Shown in pieces: positions 63,386-64,000 of a DNA stretch of 64,000 nt. The position numbers were made by a program, and so were the translations under genes. The notes under the pieces were generated by a model. That model was given only the letters and a program-made list of their open reading frames with translations, ran no database searches and was not told the DNA's origin. Each line of letters starts with the position of its first letter. The stretch's first letter is position 1. The stretch is taken from positions 96,001 to 160,000 of the forward strand of contig CBDFFH010000022.1 of NCBI GenBank assembly GCA_965246715.1. The letters are read 5' to 3'. The DNA is from Chamaesiphon sp. Lineage in GTDB: Bacteria; Cyanobacteriota; Cyanobacteriia; Cyanobacteriales; Chamaesiphonaceae.

Positions 63386-63610
63386 CTAAATTGCTTCCAA
63401 CTCATCCTCACGCAGATGCGCTTTGAGTTTATCGTTGTCGAACTTGACGATCAGGGGAAAATTGGCACTGATAGGGCGACCTTTCCATTCAGTGGCTATT
63501 TTGTCGATCGTGCCCTCTTGGTTTTGAATATCGACAGCAACACCGCGATGTTTAGGGTGATGATAAATAACTACAGATGTCTTGACACGAACGCGGTCGC
63601 CTACTTGCAT
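63386..63610 (-). CDS. ftrV: ferredoxin-thioredoxin reductase variable chain
   Basis: VGDRVRV..VYHHP-like motif, WKGRPISANFP, AHLREDEL. Confidence 0.93.
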   Translation of the reverse strand: MQVGDRVRVKTSVVIYHHPKHRGVAVDIQNQEGTIDKIATEWKGRPISANFPLIVKFDNDKLKAHLREDELEAI

Positions 63611-64000
63611 AATAACTTAAATACCTTGTGACTGATTACAGTTGAAGTGGATGACATTGAATCGAACGGACGAGCTGGTACTGGTCGATCGAGGCTAGCG
63701 CGGAGCGGCTAAGCTAATGAAATCGCTCGCCACAGCTCGATCGTCAGCCGATAGCTGTGCAGCTATACTCGCAATTAGCGCTTGCCACAGCACCAGGTGC
63801 AAGAAAAGAGCATCGCTTCTTATTCTCTCATGAGTAGCCTCAGTCTCGATCGCTCGCCCCCACAATAGAGCCGTCACGCGAGATCGGAACCGCACGATCT
63901 GACTGGGGATCGAGGAACTCGTAACTGGATTATCTTGCGGTAGGCTTCGCCAACGACGATCGCCAGTCTCCCCAAATTACTATCCCCATGCATTCATAAC

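Noticed and set aside
63695..63895. 66-aa ORF at the window end
   Set aside because: No recognisable homology, and the context is cut off by the window edge

Overview
Cyanobacterial chromosomal segment, judged from ftrV, ycf66, txlA, a PatA-like regulator and very frequent CGATCG/HIP1-type palindromes. It may be Chamaesiphon-like, but that is inference only. It carries housekeeping genes (tyrS, PBP1A, FtsI-like PBP, tyrA, galE, pdxH), an ~18 kb Wzy-type exopolysaccharide cluster (13.1-31.3 kb), a small metal-homeostasis island and several pseudogenes. The most notable items are: (1) a co-oriented V4R / roadblock-MglB / DUF4388 / MglA-type GTPase / DUF4388 signalling module at 50.5-54.2 kb, with a PatA-like DUF4388-receiver gene 9 kb away; (2) an IS110 left end that is not visible in the ORF track, with a readable bridge-RNA-like region whose guide matches its own insertion site in a MITE (49.0-49.4 kb); (3) a nested set of non-autonomous elements, made up of four MITE families (three with clear, different target duplications), a ~50-nt TGTCTTG...CGC hairpin element and 23-25-nt SDR-like inserts, one of which breaks a hicB antitoxin gene. 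I found no rRNA, tRNA or CRISPR array. All calls were made by eye, without database searches.
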